From Candidatus Thalassarchaeum sp. (lineage in GTDB: Archaea > Thermoplasmatota > Poseidoniia > Poseidoniales > Thalassarchaeaceae), in assembly GCA_030748335.1 (NCBI GenBank), contig JASMMD010000005.1:1-54175 (forward strand): a DNA stretch of 54,175 bases, written 5' to 3'. Position 1 is the stretch's first letter, and every line of letters begins with the position of its first letter. The position numbers and the translations under genes were made by a program. Positions 27,736-40,234 of this stretch are shown here, piece by piece. The notes below the pieces were generated by a model. That model saw only the letters and a list, made by a program, of their open reading frames with translations, made no database searches and was not told the DNA's origin.

Positions 27736-30432
27736 TTACTCCTCTTCGAGCGTCGGCTCGTCCGCATCGGAGGAGTCCACTAGGTCAGCTGGCAGCCTAG
27801 CGACGAAGATGATCTCGTCAGCGTAGCCTGACCGGTCGGCGTTGCGCAATTCCATGATTCGGGTGCCCTTGGTCACCTTGCCTAGGGTCTCCTTAGTCTG
27901 TCCAGACACCATCCTAATCATCATGCCAGTTCCTGTCAGCATGAACAGCTGGTCGTCGAGGTCAGGAATCTGCCGCACGCTGACGATACGGTCGTCGTCA
28001 CGCAGAGACATTGTTCGAACGCCCTTCGTTCCTCTGTTCGTGCGCCTGTAACCATCCCTCACCATGATGGCCCCTCCATCTTCGTCAACCATCTCTTTGC
28101 CTTCATCGTCAAGCGCCACGACCATCTCACCGGAGCCGAGTCTGCTACGCTTGGCCATTCCATACTTGGAGATCGTCAGTACGCTGGTGTCGAAGTCATC
28201 GGTCACAATCATCCCAATCACCCTGTCACCCTTTCGTAGCTTCATCCCCGAAACGCCTTGACTGACCCTGCCTTGGGCCCGCACTAGGTGTGTGGTCATC
28301 GTCTCGCCTGAGTTCGGGTCTACTCTCGACTTCTCCTCGGCTGGCATGAACCTACAGGCGTTGCCTTGGGAGGACACGAGAACGACGTGATCGGCATCAC
28401 TCGCCGACCTGACGGTCACCAACGAATCCTTCTCTCCCTCCGCAAAGCGGAGGGCGTACTTCCCGTTGCGGTTGATCTTGACGTACTCGGAGAGGCGACT
28501 CTTCTTGATGCGACCATTGGTGGTTGCGAACATCAAGTAGTTGTCCTCTGGATTCTCGATGAGTTCCCTGCTGAGGGGAAGTATTGAGATTACCTTCTCA
28601 TCGTCGCGGATGCCGCCGAGCAGATTGCGGATATGCGAGCCCCTGCCGTGGCGACTGGCGGATGGTGTCTCCCATGCTCTGAGTCCGTATACGCGACCCA
28701 TGTCGGTGAAGATTAGCAGCCTATCCTTTGAGAAGCAGGTTACAATCTTGGAGGGAGCATCCTCCTCCTTCGTCGCCACTCCCTTGAGCCCCTTCCCACC
28801 TCTGTTCTGCAGTCGGAAAGCCTCTACTGGGAGGTGGCGGATGTAGTTGTCCTGAGTCAACGAGATGACAAAGGCCTCCTCGGCGACAAGGTCCTCGCGA
28901 TCCATGGAGAGCGGAGTCGGGTCGATGCTGGAGCGACGCTCGTCACCATGCCTCTCGACTACCTCTTCGAGCTCGGAGATGATAATCTCCAGACGTTGGA
29001 TGCGACTCCCGAGGATGCCCTTCAGGTCCTTGATGGCCTGCTTCAGCTTCTCCAGCTCATCAGAGACCTCCTGCACGTTCATCTTGGTGAGTTGGTAGAG
29101 GCGCCGCTCTGCTATCGCCTTGGCCTGCTTCTCCGAGAAGTCGAAGCGCTTCACCTTGGGGTACTTTTCCTCACCTCTCAGGTACTGCTCAAACTGTTCT
29201 CTGGAGTCGGAATTCCGACCGACCTCGATAATCTCGGCCATCCTCTTCTGGGCCTTCATCAGGCCCTCTAGGATGTGCGCCCGGGCCTGCGCCTTGTCGA
29301 GATCGAACTGAGTGCGCCTCTCAATGACTGTCTCGCGATGCCTGACGTGTGTGTGCAGAATAGTGCACAGGTCGAGCTGGACCGGCTCCCCCTTCAGTAT
29401 GCCCATCATGTTGGCCGAGTAGGATTCCTGCAGCCTGCTTGACTGGTAGAGCTGATTCAGTACGGCGTGCGGGTCCGCGTTCTGCTTGATCTCTATGACT
29501 ACCCTGATACCCTCTTTGCTGGACTCATCCCTGATGTCCCTGATTCCCTTGATCGTCTCCTTCTGGACCAGTTCGGCGATACCTTGCAGCATCCCGGCCT
29601 TCTTGACCTGGTAGGGGATAGAGTGGATGATCAGCCGCTTACCCGACGAGTCGTCTAGGACCTCGACGTCAGAGCGGATGTGGAAGCGGCCGTTACCGGT
29701 TCTGTACATATCGACTATTCCGTCGATTCCGTGGATTGTCGCACCGGTTGGGAAGTCCGGCCCTCTGAGGAACTCCATGTACTCCAGAGCATCTATCTTT
29801 GGAGGGTTGTCGAGTCCAATCTTCCGATTCTGCTCGATAACCTTCTCGACGTGGAATTTGATGGCGGCAGCCACCTCGTTGAGGTTGTGCGGAGGTATCT
29901 TTGTGGCCATTCCGACAGCAATCCCATCGCTACCGTTGAGCAGCAGGTTGGGTAGGCGAGACGGCAGCACGGCCGGTTCGGTCTCAGTGTCGTCGAAGTT
30001 GGGCTCCATGTCGATGGTGTTCTTGTTGATGTCATCTAGCATGTGCTGTGACATGCGATCGAGCCGACTCTCGGTGTAGCGCATTGCAGCAGGAGGGTCG
30101 CCGTCAATCGAGCCGAAGTTGCCCTGTCCATCTATCAACGGGTACCTGAGGGAGAAGTCCTGAGCCATCCTGACCATAGTGTCGTACAGGGCTTGGTCGC
30201 CGTGAGGGTGATACTTCCCCATCACTTCACCGACCGACCGTGCCGATTTGCTGTACCCCTTCTCGTGGGTGTGTCCGGCCTGATGCATGCCCCACAGGAT
30301 GCGACGATGTACGGGCTTCAAACCGTCTCTCACATCAGGCAACGCACGTCCGATGATGACGCTCATCGCGTAATTGATGTAACTCTCCTTCATCTCGTCG
30401 GAGATGTCTCTTCTAAGCAGATCCTCAGCCAT
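27736..30432 (-). CDS. gyrA: DNA gyrase subunit A
   Basis: [24 protein letters not shown], catalytic AAMRYTE, GyrA-box QNRGGKG. Confidence 0.99.
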   Translation of the reverse strand: MAEDLLRRDISDEMKESYINYAMSVIIGRALPDVRDGLKPVHRRILWGMHQAGHTHEKGYSKSARSVGEVMGKYHPHGDQALYDTMVRMAQDFSLRYPLIDGQGNFGSIDGDPPAAMRYTESRLDRMSQHMLDDINKNTIDMEPNFDDTETEPAVLPSRLPNLLLNGSDGIAVGMATKIPPHNLNEVAAAIKFHVEKVIEQNRKIGLDNPPKIDALEYMEFLRGPDFPTGATIHGIDGIVDMYRTGNGRFHIRSDVEVLDDSSGKRLIIHSIPYQVKKAGMLQGIAELVQKETIKGIRDIRDESSKEGIRVVIEIKQNADPHAVLNQLYQSSRLQESYSANMMGILKGEPVQLDLCTILHTHVRHRETVIERRTQFDLDKAQARAHILEGLMKAQKRMAEIIEVGRNSDSREQFEQYLRGEEKYPKVKRFDFSEKQAKAIAERRLYQLTKMNVQEVSDELEKLKQAIKDLKGILGSRIQRLEIIISELEEVVERHGDERRSSIDPTPLSMDREDLVAEEAFVISLTQDNYIRHLPVEAFRLQNRGGKGLKGVATKEEDAPSKIVTCFSKDRLLIFTDMGRVYGLRAWETPSASRHGRGSHIRNLLGGIRDDEKVISILPLSRELIENPEDNYLMFATTNGRIKKSRLSEYVKINRNGKYALRFAEGEKDSLVTVRSASDADHVVLVSSQGNACRFMPAEEKSRVDPNSGETMTTHLVRAQGRVSQGVSGMKLRKGDRVIGMIVTDDFDTSVLTISKYGMAKRSRLGSGEMVVALDDEGKEMVDEDGGAIMVRDGYRRTNRGTKGVRTMSLRDDDRIVSVRQIPDLDDQLFMLTGTGMMIRMVSGQTKETLGKVTKGTRIMELRNADRSGYADEIIFVARLPADLVDSSDADEPTLEEE

Positions 30433-30441
30433 ACAGATACC

Positions 30442-32433
<1,992 letters not shown>

Positions 32434-32523
32434 GCGTACCTGTATTTTGGCACCAATGGGGAGTTATCAACCCTCCCAAGGGCGACCCCCAAAATCGCCG
32501 AAACTGAAACCCTGGTGAACCTT

Positions 32524-32541
32524 TCAGGCCTATAGGCCTGA
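32524..32541. promoter_or_regulatory. Perfect 18-bp palindrome upstream of aroD
   Basis: TCAGGCCTATAGGCCTGA, ending 15 nt before ATG 32556. Confidence 0.55.
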
Positions 32542-32555
32542 GAAATTCCCTCGAC

Positions 32556-33398
32556 ATGGTTATACAGGCCGCCAAGGTGGAGCGGCCGATGCCTCGACCT
32601 CTCATCTGCGTGACGCTGAGTGGGTGTACCGTCGACGAGATGCTCAAGGACGCTGCCATGGCCACTGCAGCCGGAGCAGACATGGTCGAGGTCCGCTTCG
32701 ACAAGCTCTGGGTCGTAGAGCAGATGCCTGAGCCGGAACCCGAAAAGGAGGGTGATGGAGACAGCAGACGCCCCAAGTACGTCGAACCGGATCTCATCTC
32801 ACAGCCACTAGATTCAGTGGACGTGCAGGGAGCGCTTGAGTCCCTCAAGCAGGGGATTGACCTACCTGTGGTGTTTGCATGCCGTCCAGAGCGACAGCAG
32901 GGCCATTATCCGGGTGAAGAGGAACAACGTCTCGAGATTCTAAGGGGCGCTATCGAGAGCGGAGTGAGTTGGATCGACTTGGAGGTCGATATCGAATCGT
33001 CTAGTCGGACCTCGCTGATAGAGGGGGCCTCGGGGAGCACGAGGATTGTGGCTTCGTTCCACTCCGCCGAATCCCCGCCCTCGGCTTCTGAGATTATCCA
33101 GGATGTCGAGGACGGTTCAGATGACGGCGACATCGTCAAGGTGTGCTACAAGTCATCAGGTCGTGGTGACGGCTTGCGTCTGTTCGAGGCGGCATGGGGC
33201 CTCAGGGGCTCCGGGTCGAGTTATGCAATCATGGGTTCGGGTTGGGGCGGCGACTGGACTAGGATTCACGCCCCGCTTCTCGAGCAGACTTTGGTTTACA
33301 CCACGACTGAAAAGGGCCTACACCTCTCTAGGCAGGGTAGAATTAACGCATCAGACCTGCAGACTGCATGGCGGTTGCTTGAGTACGAGACGAACTAG
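32556..33398 (+). CDS. aroD: Type I 3-dehydroquinate dehydratase
   Basis: ICVTL, ADMVEVRFD, FACR....G, WIDLE, catalytic SFH and IVKV, AIMG. Confidence 0.88.
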   Translation: MVIQAAKVERPMPRPLICVTLSGCTVDEMLKDAAMATAAGADMVEVRFDKLWVVEQMPEPEPEKEGDGDSRRPKYVEPDLISQPLDSVDVQGALESLKQGIDLPVVFACRPERQQGHYPGEEEQRLEILRGAIESGVSWIDLEVDIESSSRTSLIEGASGSTRIVASFHSAESPPSASEIIQDVEDGSDDGDIVKVCYKSSGRGDGLRLFEAAWGLRGSGSSYAIMGSGWGGDWTRIHAPLLEQTLVYTTTEKGLHLSRQGRINASDLQTAWRLLEYETN

Positions 33399-34294
33399 TC
33401 TTCTCCGCTGCGCTCGTCACTCTCACTCTCCAAGTAGGGGACCTGTCGCAGGTCCTCCTCGTCACCCAGGCCTACCGACATGTACCTGCTGTGGATTATG
33501 AGAGGCCCTACTATGCAGGCTATCGGTAGTGCTGCGATGAGGATGTAGGCGATGAAGGTGGGAAGGGTAGTCCTCTCTTCGACGTCCACCAAGATCTCCA
33601 CATTCATGACTCCGCCAGCAGCCTTCCTGTCCGAACCCCTCGCGTTGTCCCAGCCGTCCACCACTAGGTAGTACTGCGGGTCTCCCTCCTCAAACCAGGG
33701 TGTCGAGGACCACGCCGAACCCGTCGAGTCTATGGCCACCGAGAACACCTGGCTGGAGACTCCCTCGTAGTAATGGACATCCCTGAACGGCAACCACATG
33801 ACCATGTCCCTCCATTCCACTGGTAACTCCTCCACCGCCGACTCGAGCTCTTCCCACTCTCTCGATTCGTAGCTGGAGACGTAACGGTCCCAGTTCGCCG
33901 AGTCCATCAGATACACATCGCCTACCGCGCCCATGGTGGGAGTCGACTGTGAGTCGGGGCTGAGGTAGACGCAGAATGTGTACTGGTAACCTGGGACCAG
34001 CTCCATTCTGATGGCGTTCGCACTGTCGTTGTAGACTGTCATGTCGGTGCTGAAGTCACGATCTAGGGGCCTCGTAGAATCAGAGTTGCTCTCCCAGCCC
34101 CAGAACCCACCGTCGTCGACTGAGGTCTCTTCGAAGTACAGGCCTATGTTTGAGGGGTTGCTGGCGGGTACATCACAGTCCACCTCAGCTGATGCGACAG
34201 GGGCCGCTACCACGGCGTAGAGCATCGCTACGACAGGTAGGACAAGGCAGAGGTTGAAGGCGCCGGCAACGAACTTACGGGAACTGTTCTCCAC
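33395..34294 (-). CDS. Hypothetical surface protein with signal peptide and C-terminal TM anchor
   Basis: N-terminal hydrophobic segment ending ASA-E, acidic ectodomain, TM FIAYILIAALPIACIVGPLII, acidic tail. Confidence 0.75.
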   Translation of the reverse strand: MENSSRKFVAGAFNLCLVLPVVAMLYAVVAAPVASAEVDCDVPASNPSNIGLYFEETSVDDGGFWGWESNSDSTRPLDRDFSTDMTVYNDSANAIRMELVPGYQYTFCVYLSPDSQSTPTMGAVGDVYLMDSANWDRYVSSYESREWEELESAVEELPVEWRDMVMWLPFRDVHYYEGVSSQVFSVAIDSTGSAWSSTPWFEEGDPQYYLVVDGWDNARGSDRKAAGGVMNVEILVDVEERTTLPTFIAYILIAALPIACIVGPLIIHSRYMSVGLGDEEDLRQVPYLESESDERSGED

Positions 34295-34296
34295 GC

Positions 34297-37200
34297 TCAG
34301 CGCCTCCTCGTCCTAATGGGTCGGACATATCCTGACTCCTTGTTCCTTCGCTCCTGGACCGTCAGATACTTCGGCTGAGGAGGGGGCTTGTGCTGGTCCA
34401 TGCCGGGAAGGCCACCTTCGACTTCCACCTCGGTGACGTCGTAGGTCTCCAGCATCTCCTCAGCATCCATCTCGTCCTCGTCCTTCTCTCGCATGATGAG
34501 CCAACCCAGTAGGAGGACGGCAGCAATCAGGGCGAGTAGACCCGCGCTCTCCCGGTTGGGAACGAGGTCTTCCCATGTCAGGTCGGAGAGTGACTTTGGC
34601 TTGTCATCCTCCTGTTCGGCTAGGACCGTGATGACGTACTCCTCAGTTGAGCAGACCCCAACCCCGTCGCACACCTGCATCAGGATCCTGATTTCTCCTG
34701 GCTGATTCCAGGTCTGGTTCCCCCAGAGCCAGTCGTTGCGCGAGTCTCCGTCGAGGTCGGTGTCCTGCAACGCGTTGAGGTCCCACCTGACAACCAGTGG
34801 GCCCGTCAGCGGCCGGTCACGGTCATTGGCAGGGTCTCCGTCGCCATCGCTGTCGTCAGATTGGTCTAGATCCATCCAGGCCTCAATCCCATCAATGAGG
34901 TCGGCATCATAGGCGCTGGAGTTCAGCAGCACCACGTCATCCATTGAGACGTAGTCGGCTGAGATAGGGTCTTCCGTTGTTATCACCGGCGCTCTAGAGA
35001 CGTGCACAGTCAGGGTCGTACTGTTGGTCTCTCCACCTTCGAAACCGTCGACCACGGTCAGAGTCACCTCATAGGTCCCAGGTATCTGGTAGGCGTGCCA
35101 CACGACTGGTCCGCTGACCGGAGAACTGGCATCGCCGAAATCCCAAATCCATGAGACGATGCCATTCCACTCCGATGACTCGGAATCTGTGGAGGTCCGG
35201 CCCACGAACAGAGGGTCGGCGTCGTAGCTGCCGGAACCGTCGAACCTGATTGGATCTCCTGGGGCCACGAAGGCAGCCCCAGTCGATGTATGGGGGACCT
35301 GCCAGACCACCCCGTCCTCGGTCGAGGGGATTTCGCCCAGAATGGTTCCATTGATGCTCGGGCAACTGAATTCGAGTTCGGGCACGGGCAGAGGGTTAGC
35401 TATCCGAATCGAGTATGATTTGGTGGCTGAGGAGAGTCCCCTCTCGTCAATCACGGTGAGGCTAACAGTGTACAGTCCGGGCTCTAGGAACGTGTGGCTT
35501 ACCGAGGAGACGTTGTACACTGGGTCGCCGAGATCCGAGATCTCCCAGATTGTCTGCAGCAGCGCCGTATCGCCGTCGGGGTCGAACGACTCACTGACGA
35601 ACGTGTATGACGTGTCCACCTCTCCATCGAGGGGCCTTGAGAAGACGGCTACCGGCCTCTGGTTGAGCACCTGAACCTGCAGTATGGCCACCGAGGTGTT
35701 TCCATCATCATCGGTGACTTCGAGTGTGACGTTCTTCATCCCAGGCTCGAGCCACCCTACCTGAGGATTCTGCTCTATTGACTCCGTGGATGAGAAGTCG
35801 GAAGTCAAAGTCATTCCGGAACCGTCCAGATTGACTCCGCCCTCAAAGAACCAGTAGTACTCGACTATCATCCCGTCTGAGTCTTCGAAGACCGTCGGCA
35901 TGGTTAGAGGTGTCAGGGTGTCGGTCTGCAATGGCTCGTCGAAAATTTGCTTGGGCAGTCGATTCAGGACCTTGATGTAGATCGAATGCCCGACGCTATG
36001 TAATCCGTCGTCGACGGTCAGGGTCAGCGTGTACACTATTCCGTCCGCGCTACCATCGACCCACGAGTGCCCTGCTTCGGCAGCACCACGGCCGCCCTCG
36101 GTCTGCCCGTCACCCCAGTCCCACGTAAAGAACAGCTCCTCGAGCGGGACGTTGTCGGTGGTCCCTCTGGCTGAGAACTGAACCCTTTGGTCTGTGAGCA
36201 AAACCAGTTCGTCGGTGATTACGACGCCGTCTACGGAGATTTCTGGCACAGGGTCCGAGTCATCGCTCACCGAGATGTTCCACGACTGTGGCTCAGAGTA
36301 GTACCCTCCCTGATCCTCCACCACGAGGATGACTTGGTAGTCCCCTCCATTGAGGTACGAGTGGGTCGGGTTCTTCAGCCCGGAGGAGTTGTTGTCACCG
36401 AGGTCCCAGACGTAACCCACGGGGGTGTCGTTGTGGCTGAACGTACCGTTGAGCTGTCCGAATCCCCACGAGTCGTACCCCGAGCCGAACATATCTACGG
36501 GCAGCCATGTCTGGGTCACCGAGGTGGAGACCGATCCGGATGCCACTGGCTCCATGTTGGTCAGTGACATCGGGAGGGAGAACGCTTGGTCCACGATCTC
36601 TCCGGTGACGTCGCGGATACGTATGCCGAAGGACCAATCTCCCGACGAGGGCGGTGTAAACCACACAGTCCTCGGTGACGGGATGCTGTTGCCTGCGGTG
36701 ATGTCGAACACCACCGAGTCCGAGATTGTGTTGTTGACGAAGGCCTCGACAGTCACTTCGAGGATTTCGAAGAATGCGTTAGACTCCACCTCTAGATCGA
36801 TCTGCACGCTATCGTCCAGATTATCATCGTCCCGGTCAAAGGGAGTTATCGTGTCTATGGAGACTTCCGCGGGGTCGGTAATCAGGCCTGCGTGCACAGT
36901 CAGCGATGCGGTAGGATATGACCCCGTGGTGATACCGCATGACACGTAGTTGTAGTCGCAGTCAGCAACCATGGACTCGTACCATGTGAGGAGCCAGACC
37001 TCGTCAGTGGTATTTCCGAAACCGTGCACCAGCCCGGTCCCAGCCCCACTCCCTGAATCGATTCGCATGCTGCTCATGGACCAGGTCCCAGTGACCGCGT
37101 CACGCGACATGATGGCCCCTTTGAAGCCGAACTGGGTCGGTTGCACCATGAGGTTCAGTGGGGCCCCCGAGCCCTGCGAGAACTTGTACGCCCTCATACC

Positions 37201-38412
37201 CCAGCCCTCTATGTCCTGACTGGAGCTGTTCCAGTCGTTGACCCACTGGTCGTTGTATCCGCTCATCTGGGCCTTGCAAATGTAGGCGGCTATGCATCCG
37301 GAGGTGAGATCCAGATTAGAGAACCCAAAGGCTCCTTGGGCGCTGTCGAGGGAAACCGCCGCACTGAAGTTGGCAAATATCTCGCTCATCGTGGTGCCGA
37401 TGGCGGTCGCGCCCGTCTCCGGATTCTGAGCCAGATTCTCCACTGCAGTCCCTCCGGTGGCAGTGTCGGCGACTAGCCTCTGAATTGCCGCCCCTCCACC
37501 GAGTTTGTCTGCGAGGTACATCAGGAACATGAATCCGGCCCCGTAGTCGGCGATTCTGCCATTCCACCACCTGACGCTGAGGCTGCTGTCCTCCGACCAC
37601 GAGTTGGCGTGCCCGGTCAGGGTGCTGGTGACACCGAAGCACAGGTATGCCGCCATGTCCGCCGCACCCTCGTCGATCCACAGATACTCGAACGGGTCTC
37701 TTGAGTTGTGCAGCAGATGCTCAAACTCGTGAGCAAGGATGGTGTTCCTCCAACTCATGTCATCGACGTCCACGAAGACCGATTCCCTGACTGAGGAGAT
37801 TCCCGGCGAGAAATATCCACCGGTCCCCCCCGCGCCGTCAATAGAGATTAGGACGATCTCGATCTGGCAGTTGTCGTCGAGATCTGGCGGACTGCCGAAA
37901 TAAGTCGTGTCCGTCGGGTAAATCGTCGATTCCCATGTTGAGGCGATGTCGTTGAGGGTGGTCGAGGGGATTATCTGACCGTTTTCGACCAGTATCGCGG
38001 AATTGGCCGAGGTCTTCTGTACAGTGACGGATACGGTGCCACCGGCCGTGGATATGTTGCCTGTATCACCCTGGCTCCACTCGTTGGTGCAGGAACGAGT
38101 AGTGGATTTCGAATTCAGGTAGCCAGCAGAGAACGGCAGCACCAATCCTGGGTAGCCAGCTCCCTTCCATTCCATCTTGAGGTGTCCGGTGGCCGAGAAA
38201 ACAGGCTCGGATTCGTTCGTGAACATGTACTGCTTGCCCTCAATAAAGGGGTCGAACTCCGATAGGTCGCCTGACATGACCTCTGCCGCCGACGCATCAG
38301 AATCCGGCTCAGCCACAGCCAACGGAGACAAACTGGCGAACAACATTGTCAGAACCAGCATGACAGAAGCTCTGCGGGACCCAGTCGAATTGATTGCTGA
38401 CACGTTCAACAC
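34297..38412 (-). CDS. Membrane-anchored zinc metallopeptidase (gluzincin) with multiple PKD domains
   Basis: Signal peptide; AHEFEHLLH plus WIDEG; PKD motifs (WDLGD, WDWGDG, WDFGD, G.Y.V.LTV.D); DxDGDG loops; C-terminal TM. Confidence 0.88.
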   Translation of the reverse strand: MLNVSAINSTGSRRASVMLVLTMLFASLSPLAVAEPDSDASAAEVMSGDLSEFDPFIEGKQYMFTNESEPVFSATGHLKMEWKGAGYPGLVLPFSAGYLNSKSTTRSCTNEWSQGDTGNISTAGGTVSVTVQKTSANSAILVENGQIIPSTTLNDIASTWESTIYPTDTTYFGSPPDLDDNCQIEIVLISIDGAGGTGGYFSPGISSVRESVFVDVDDMSWRNTILAHEFEHLLHNSRDPFEYLWIDEGAADMAAYLCFGVTSTLTGHANSWSEDSSLSVRWWNGRIADYGAGFMFLMYLADKLGGGAAIQRLVADTATGGTAVENLAQNPETGATAIGTTMSEIFANFSAAVSLDSAQGAFGFSNLDLTSGCIAAYICKAQMSGYNDQWVNDWNSSSQDIEGWGMRAYKFSQGSGAPLNLMVQPTQFGFKGAIMSRDAVTGTWSMSSMRIDSGSGAGTGLVHGFGNTTDEVWLLTWYESMVADCDYNYVSCGITTGSYPTASLTVHAGLITDPAEVSIDTITPFDRDDDNLDDSVQIDLEVESNAFFEILEVTVEAFVNNTISDSVVFDITAGNSIPSPRTVWFTPPSSGDWSFGIRIRDVTGEIVDQAFSLPMSLTNMEPVASGSVSTSVTQTWLPVDMFGSGYDSWGFGQLNGTFSHNDTPVGYVWDLGDNNSSGLKNPTHSYLNGGDYQVILVVEDQGGYYSEPQSWNISVSDDSDPVPEISVDGVVITDELVLLTDQRVQFSARGTTDNVPLEELFFTWDWGDGQTEGGRGAAEAGHSWVDGSADGIVYTLTLTVDDGLHSVGHSIYIKVLNRLPKQIFDEPLQTDTLTPLTMPTVFEDSDGMIVEYYWFFEGGVNLDGSGMTLTSDFSSTESIEQNPQVGWLEPGMKNVTLEVTDDDGNTSVAILQVQVLNQRPVAVFSRPLDGEVDTSYTFVSESFDPDGDTALLQTIWEISDLGDPVYNVSSVSHTFLEPGLYTVSLTVIDERGLSSATKSYSIRIANPLPVPELEFSCPSINGTILGEIPSTEDGVVWQVPHTSTGAAFVAPGDPIRFDGSGSYDADPLFVGRTSTDSESSEWNGIVSWIWDFGDASSPVSGPVVWHAYQIPGTYEVTLTVVDGFEGGETNSTTLTVHVSRAPVITTEDPISADYVSMDDVVLLNSSAYDADLIDGIEAWMDLDQSDDSDGDGDPANDRDRPLTGPLVVRWDLNALQDTDLDGDSRNDWLWGNQTWNQPGEIRILMQVCDGVGVCSTEEYVITVLAEQEDDKPKSLSDLTWEDLVPNRESAGLLALIAAVLLLGWLIMREKDEDEMDAEEMLETYDVTEVEVEGGLPGMDQHKPPPQPKYLTVQERRNKESGYVRPIRTRRR

Positions 38413-38461
38413 TCCGTGTTGTTTTCAGTCCCAATCCGCTAAAAGACCTATTTTAACATCG

Positions 38462-39472
38462 ATGGAGCATCGTTCGTACATGTCTTGTCGCGGCACGGCT
38501 CATACGACGCTCGTCGCAGTGCTGCTTACAGCTCTCGTATGCAGTCACCCGGTGGCAGCCCAAGAGCAGTCGGAAACTATCGATCTGATTCTGATTTCCT
38601 CGCACCAGCACGATTCGCAAGCCTTCACCCAAGGGCTTGAGATGCACGACGGCTCGCTCTACGAGAGCACCGGGTTGTACGGCCACTCCAGCCTCAGGGA
38701 GGTGGACCCCACGACCGGGGAGGTGGTCCGACAGGTCAATCTCGACGAGTCGCTTTTCGCAGAAGGAATCACCGTCGTAGGAGAGACCCTCGTTATGCTA
38801 ACTTGGAGGGAAGGGTTGGCGCTGGTTTTCGACATCGAGTCCCTCGACGTTGTCGCAAACCACACCTATGCAGGTGAGGGCTGGGGACTGTGCTACGACG
38901 GCACCCACTTGGTGATGTCCAACGGGACCTCGGAGCTGGCATTCAGAGACCCCGACGACTTCTCCGTGGTTTCGACCCTACAGGTTACCGACCAACTCGG
39001 CGAGGTGAGTCTGCTGAACGAGCTTGAGTGCGTTGGGGACAGGGTGTATGCGAACGTCTGGGGTAGTGACTCAATTATCGCCATAGACAAGGCCACTGGT
39101 GAGGTGAATCTGACCATCGACGCCTCGATACTCGCAGAGAACGAGTCAAACGAGTACAACGACGTGATGAATGGAATCGCCTATGTCCCGGAGCAGGATG
39201 CCTTCCTAGTCACGGGCAAGAACTGGACCTCCATGCACCTCGTGTCTTTCGGAGTCACTCAGGCCCCTCAAGAGGAGACCCCGGAATCAATCCCCCTTTC
39301 CATCCTGAAGACGATTTGGCCCGTACTGCTGATTGCCGTACTGGTAGTATTCCTGAGTTCGATGCGCCTTCTGAGCGCGATTATGCAGTTCCTGATGATA
39401 TTGCTGTTCAAGCGGCAGGCTGAACAGCCGCCGCTGCCCAGCGAGGGGGAGCAAGAGGCGGGTGATGGGTAG
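38462..39472 (+). CDS. Glutaminyl-peptide cyclotransferase (type I, beta-propeller) with C-terminal TM
   Basis: FTQGLE, LYESTGLYG, FAEGIT, LTW, EGWGL, LNELE, ANVW, NGIA, VTGKNW; start at 38462 or 38480. Confidence 0.93.
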   Translation: MEHRSYMSCRGTAHTTLVAVLLTALVCSHPVAAQEQSETIDLILISSHQHDSQAFTQGLEMHDGSLYESTGLYGHSSLREVDPTTGEVVRQVNLDESLFAEGITVVGETLVMLTWREGLALVFDIESLDVVANHTYAGEGWGLCYDGTHLVMSNGTSELAFRDPDDFSVVSTLQVTDQLGEVSLLNELECVGDRVYANVWGSDSIIAIDKATGEVNLTIDASILAENESNEYNDVMNGIAYVPEQDAFLVTGKNWTSMHLVSFGVTQAPQEETPESIPLSILKTIWPVLLIAVLVVFLSSMRLLSAIMQFLMILLFKRQAEQPPLPSEGEQEAGDG

Positions 39473-40221
39473 TGAGCGAGGCGGACGGCGACGAGTTCGA
39501 CAATCACAGTGCGATGGAACTGTGGCTTCATGACCTCTCCGTTGACTCAGCCACGAGAGTGGCTGGCGCACTGATGATTTTCGTCGGCAGCCTTCTGGGG
39601 GTCCTTCTTGGGATAGCCCTCATCTCGACCAATGTTGGCGAGATCCTCGCAGGGCAGTTGGATGGATCGGACGGCGTTGCGGATGTCGATGGGATTGTCA
39701 GCACGGCTCTGGAGGACGGCACCACGGGAGGCGAGCCCGCAGAGGGAGTAAGGGTGAGCATACTCGATTCTGACGAGCTTGAGATCGGTCACGACTTCAC
39801 CAATTCGGGAGGCCGCTTCTCGATAGACGATGTCCCCAGACGCTCGTCCACGCTGCTGGTCGAGCATCCTGGAAACCGAACCGTCAGAATCACTCTAGTT
39901 CCTGGGGACTACGCCCAAATCCCAGTCACCCTGACTCCCGGTGATGGAATCGATGAGTACGACATGTCGGGCGAGAGTCACCTCGGAGAGTCCGTGTTAA
40001 TTGGCTCCACCATAGCGGCCCTGACTCTGCTGGCTGGGTTGGCTGGCATGGTGGGAGGACTTGAGTCATATCGGGGCGACCGCTACCGGCGAACATGGTG
40101 GCTGTCGTTCTTCGGATTGTGGAGCCGCGGCATGCTGTTCATTGGTCCCATGTTCATATTGCTGGGGATGGGGATGACTCATCTGACCAGAGACCAATTC
40201 ACCGACTACACAGAGGATTAG
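39472..40221 (+). CDS. Membrane protein with a carboxypeptidase-regulatory-like beta-sandwich
   Basis: N-terminal TM, then V.GIV...GEPAEGVRVSI...TNSGGRFSIDDVP....L.V..PG, then C-terminal TMs. Confidence 0.7.
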   Translation: MSEADGDEFDNHSAMELWLHDLSVDSATRVAGALMIFVGSLLGVLLGIALISTNVGEILAGQLDGSDGVADVDGIVSTALEDGTTGGEPAEGVRVSILDSDELEIGHDFTNSGGRFSIDDVPRRSSTLLVEHPGNRTVRITLVPGDYAQIPVTLTPGDGIDEYDMSGESHLGESVLIGSTIAALTLLAGLAGMVGGLESYRGDRYRRTWWLSFFGLWSRGMLFIGPMFILLGMGMTHLTRDQFTDYTED

Positions 40222-40234
40222 ACGAGGTTTACCC

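Noticed and set aside
38177-38461. N-terminal extension of the glutaminyl cyclase ORF
   Set aside because: It overlaps the divergent PKD gene; the signal peptide begins after ATG 38462 or 38480.
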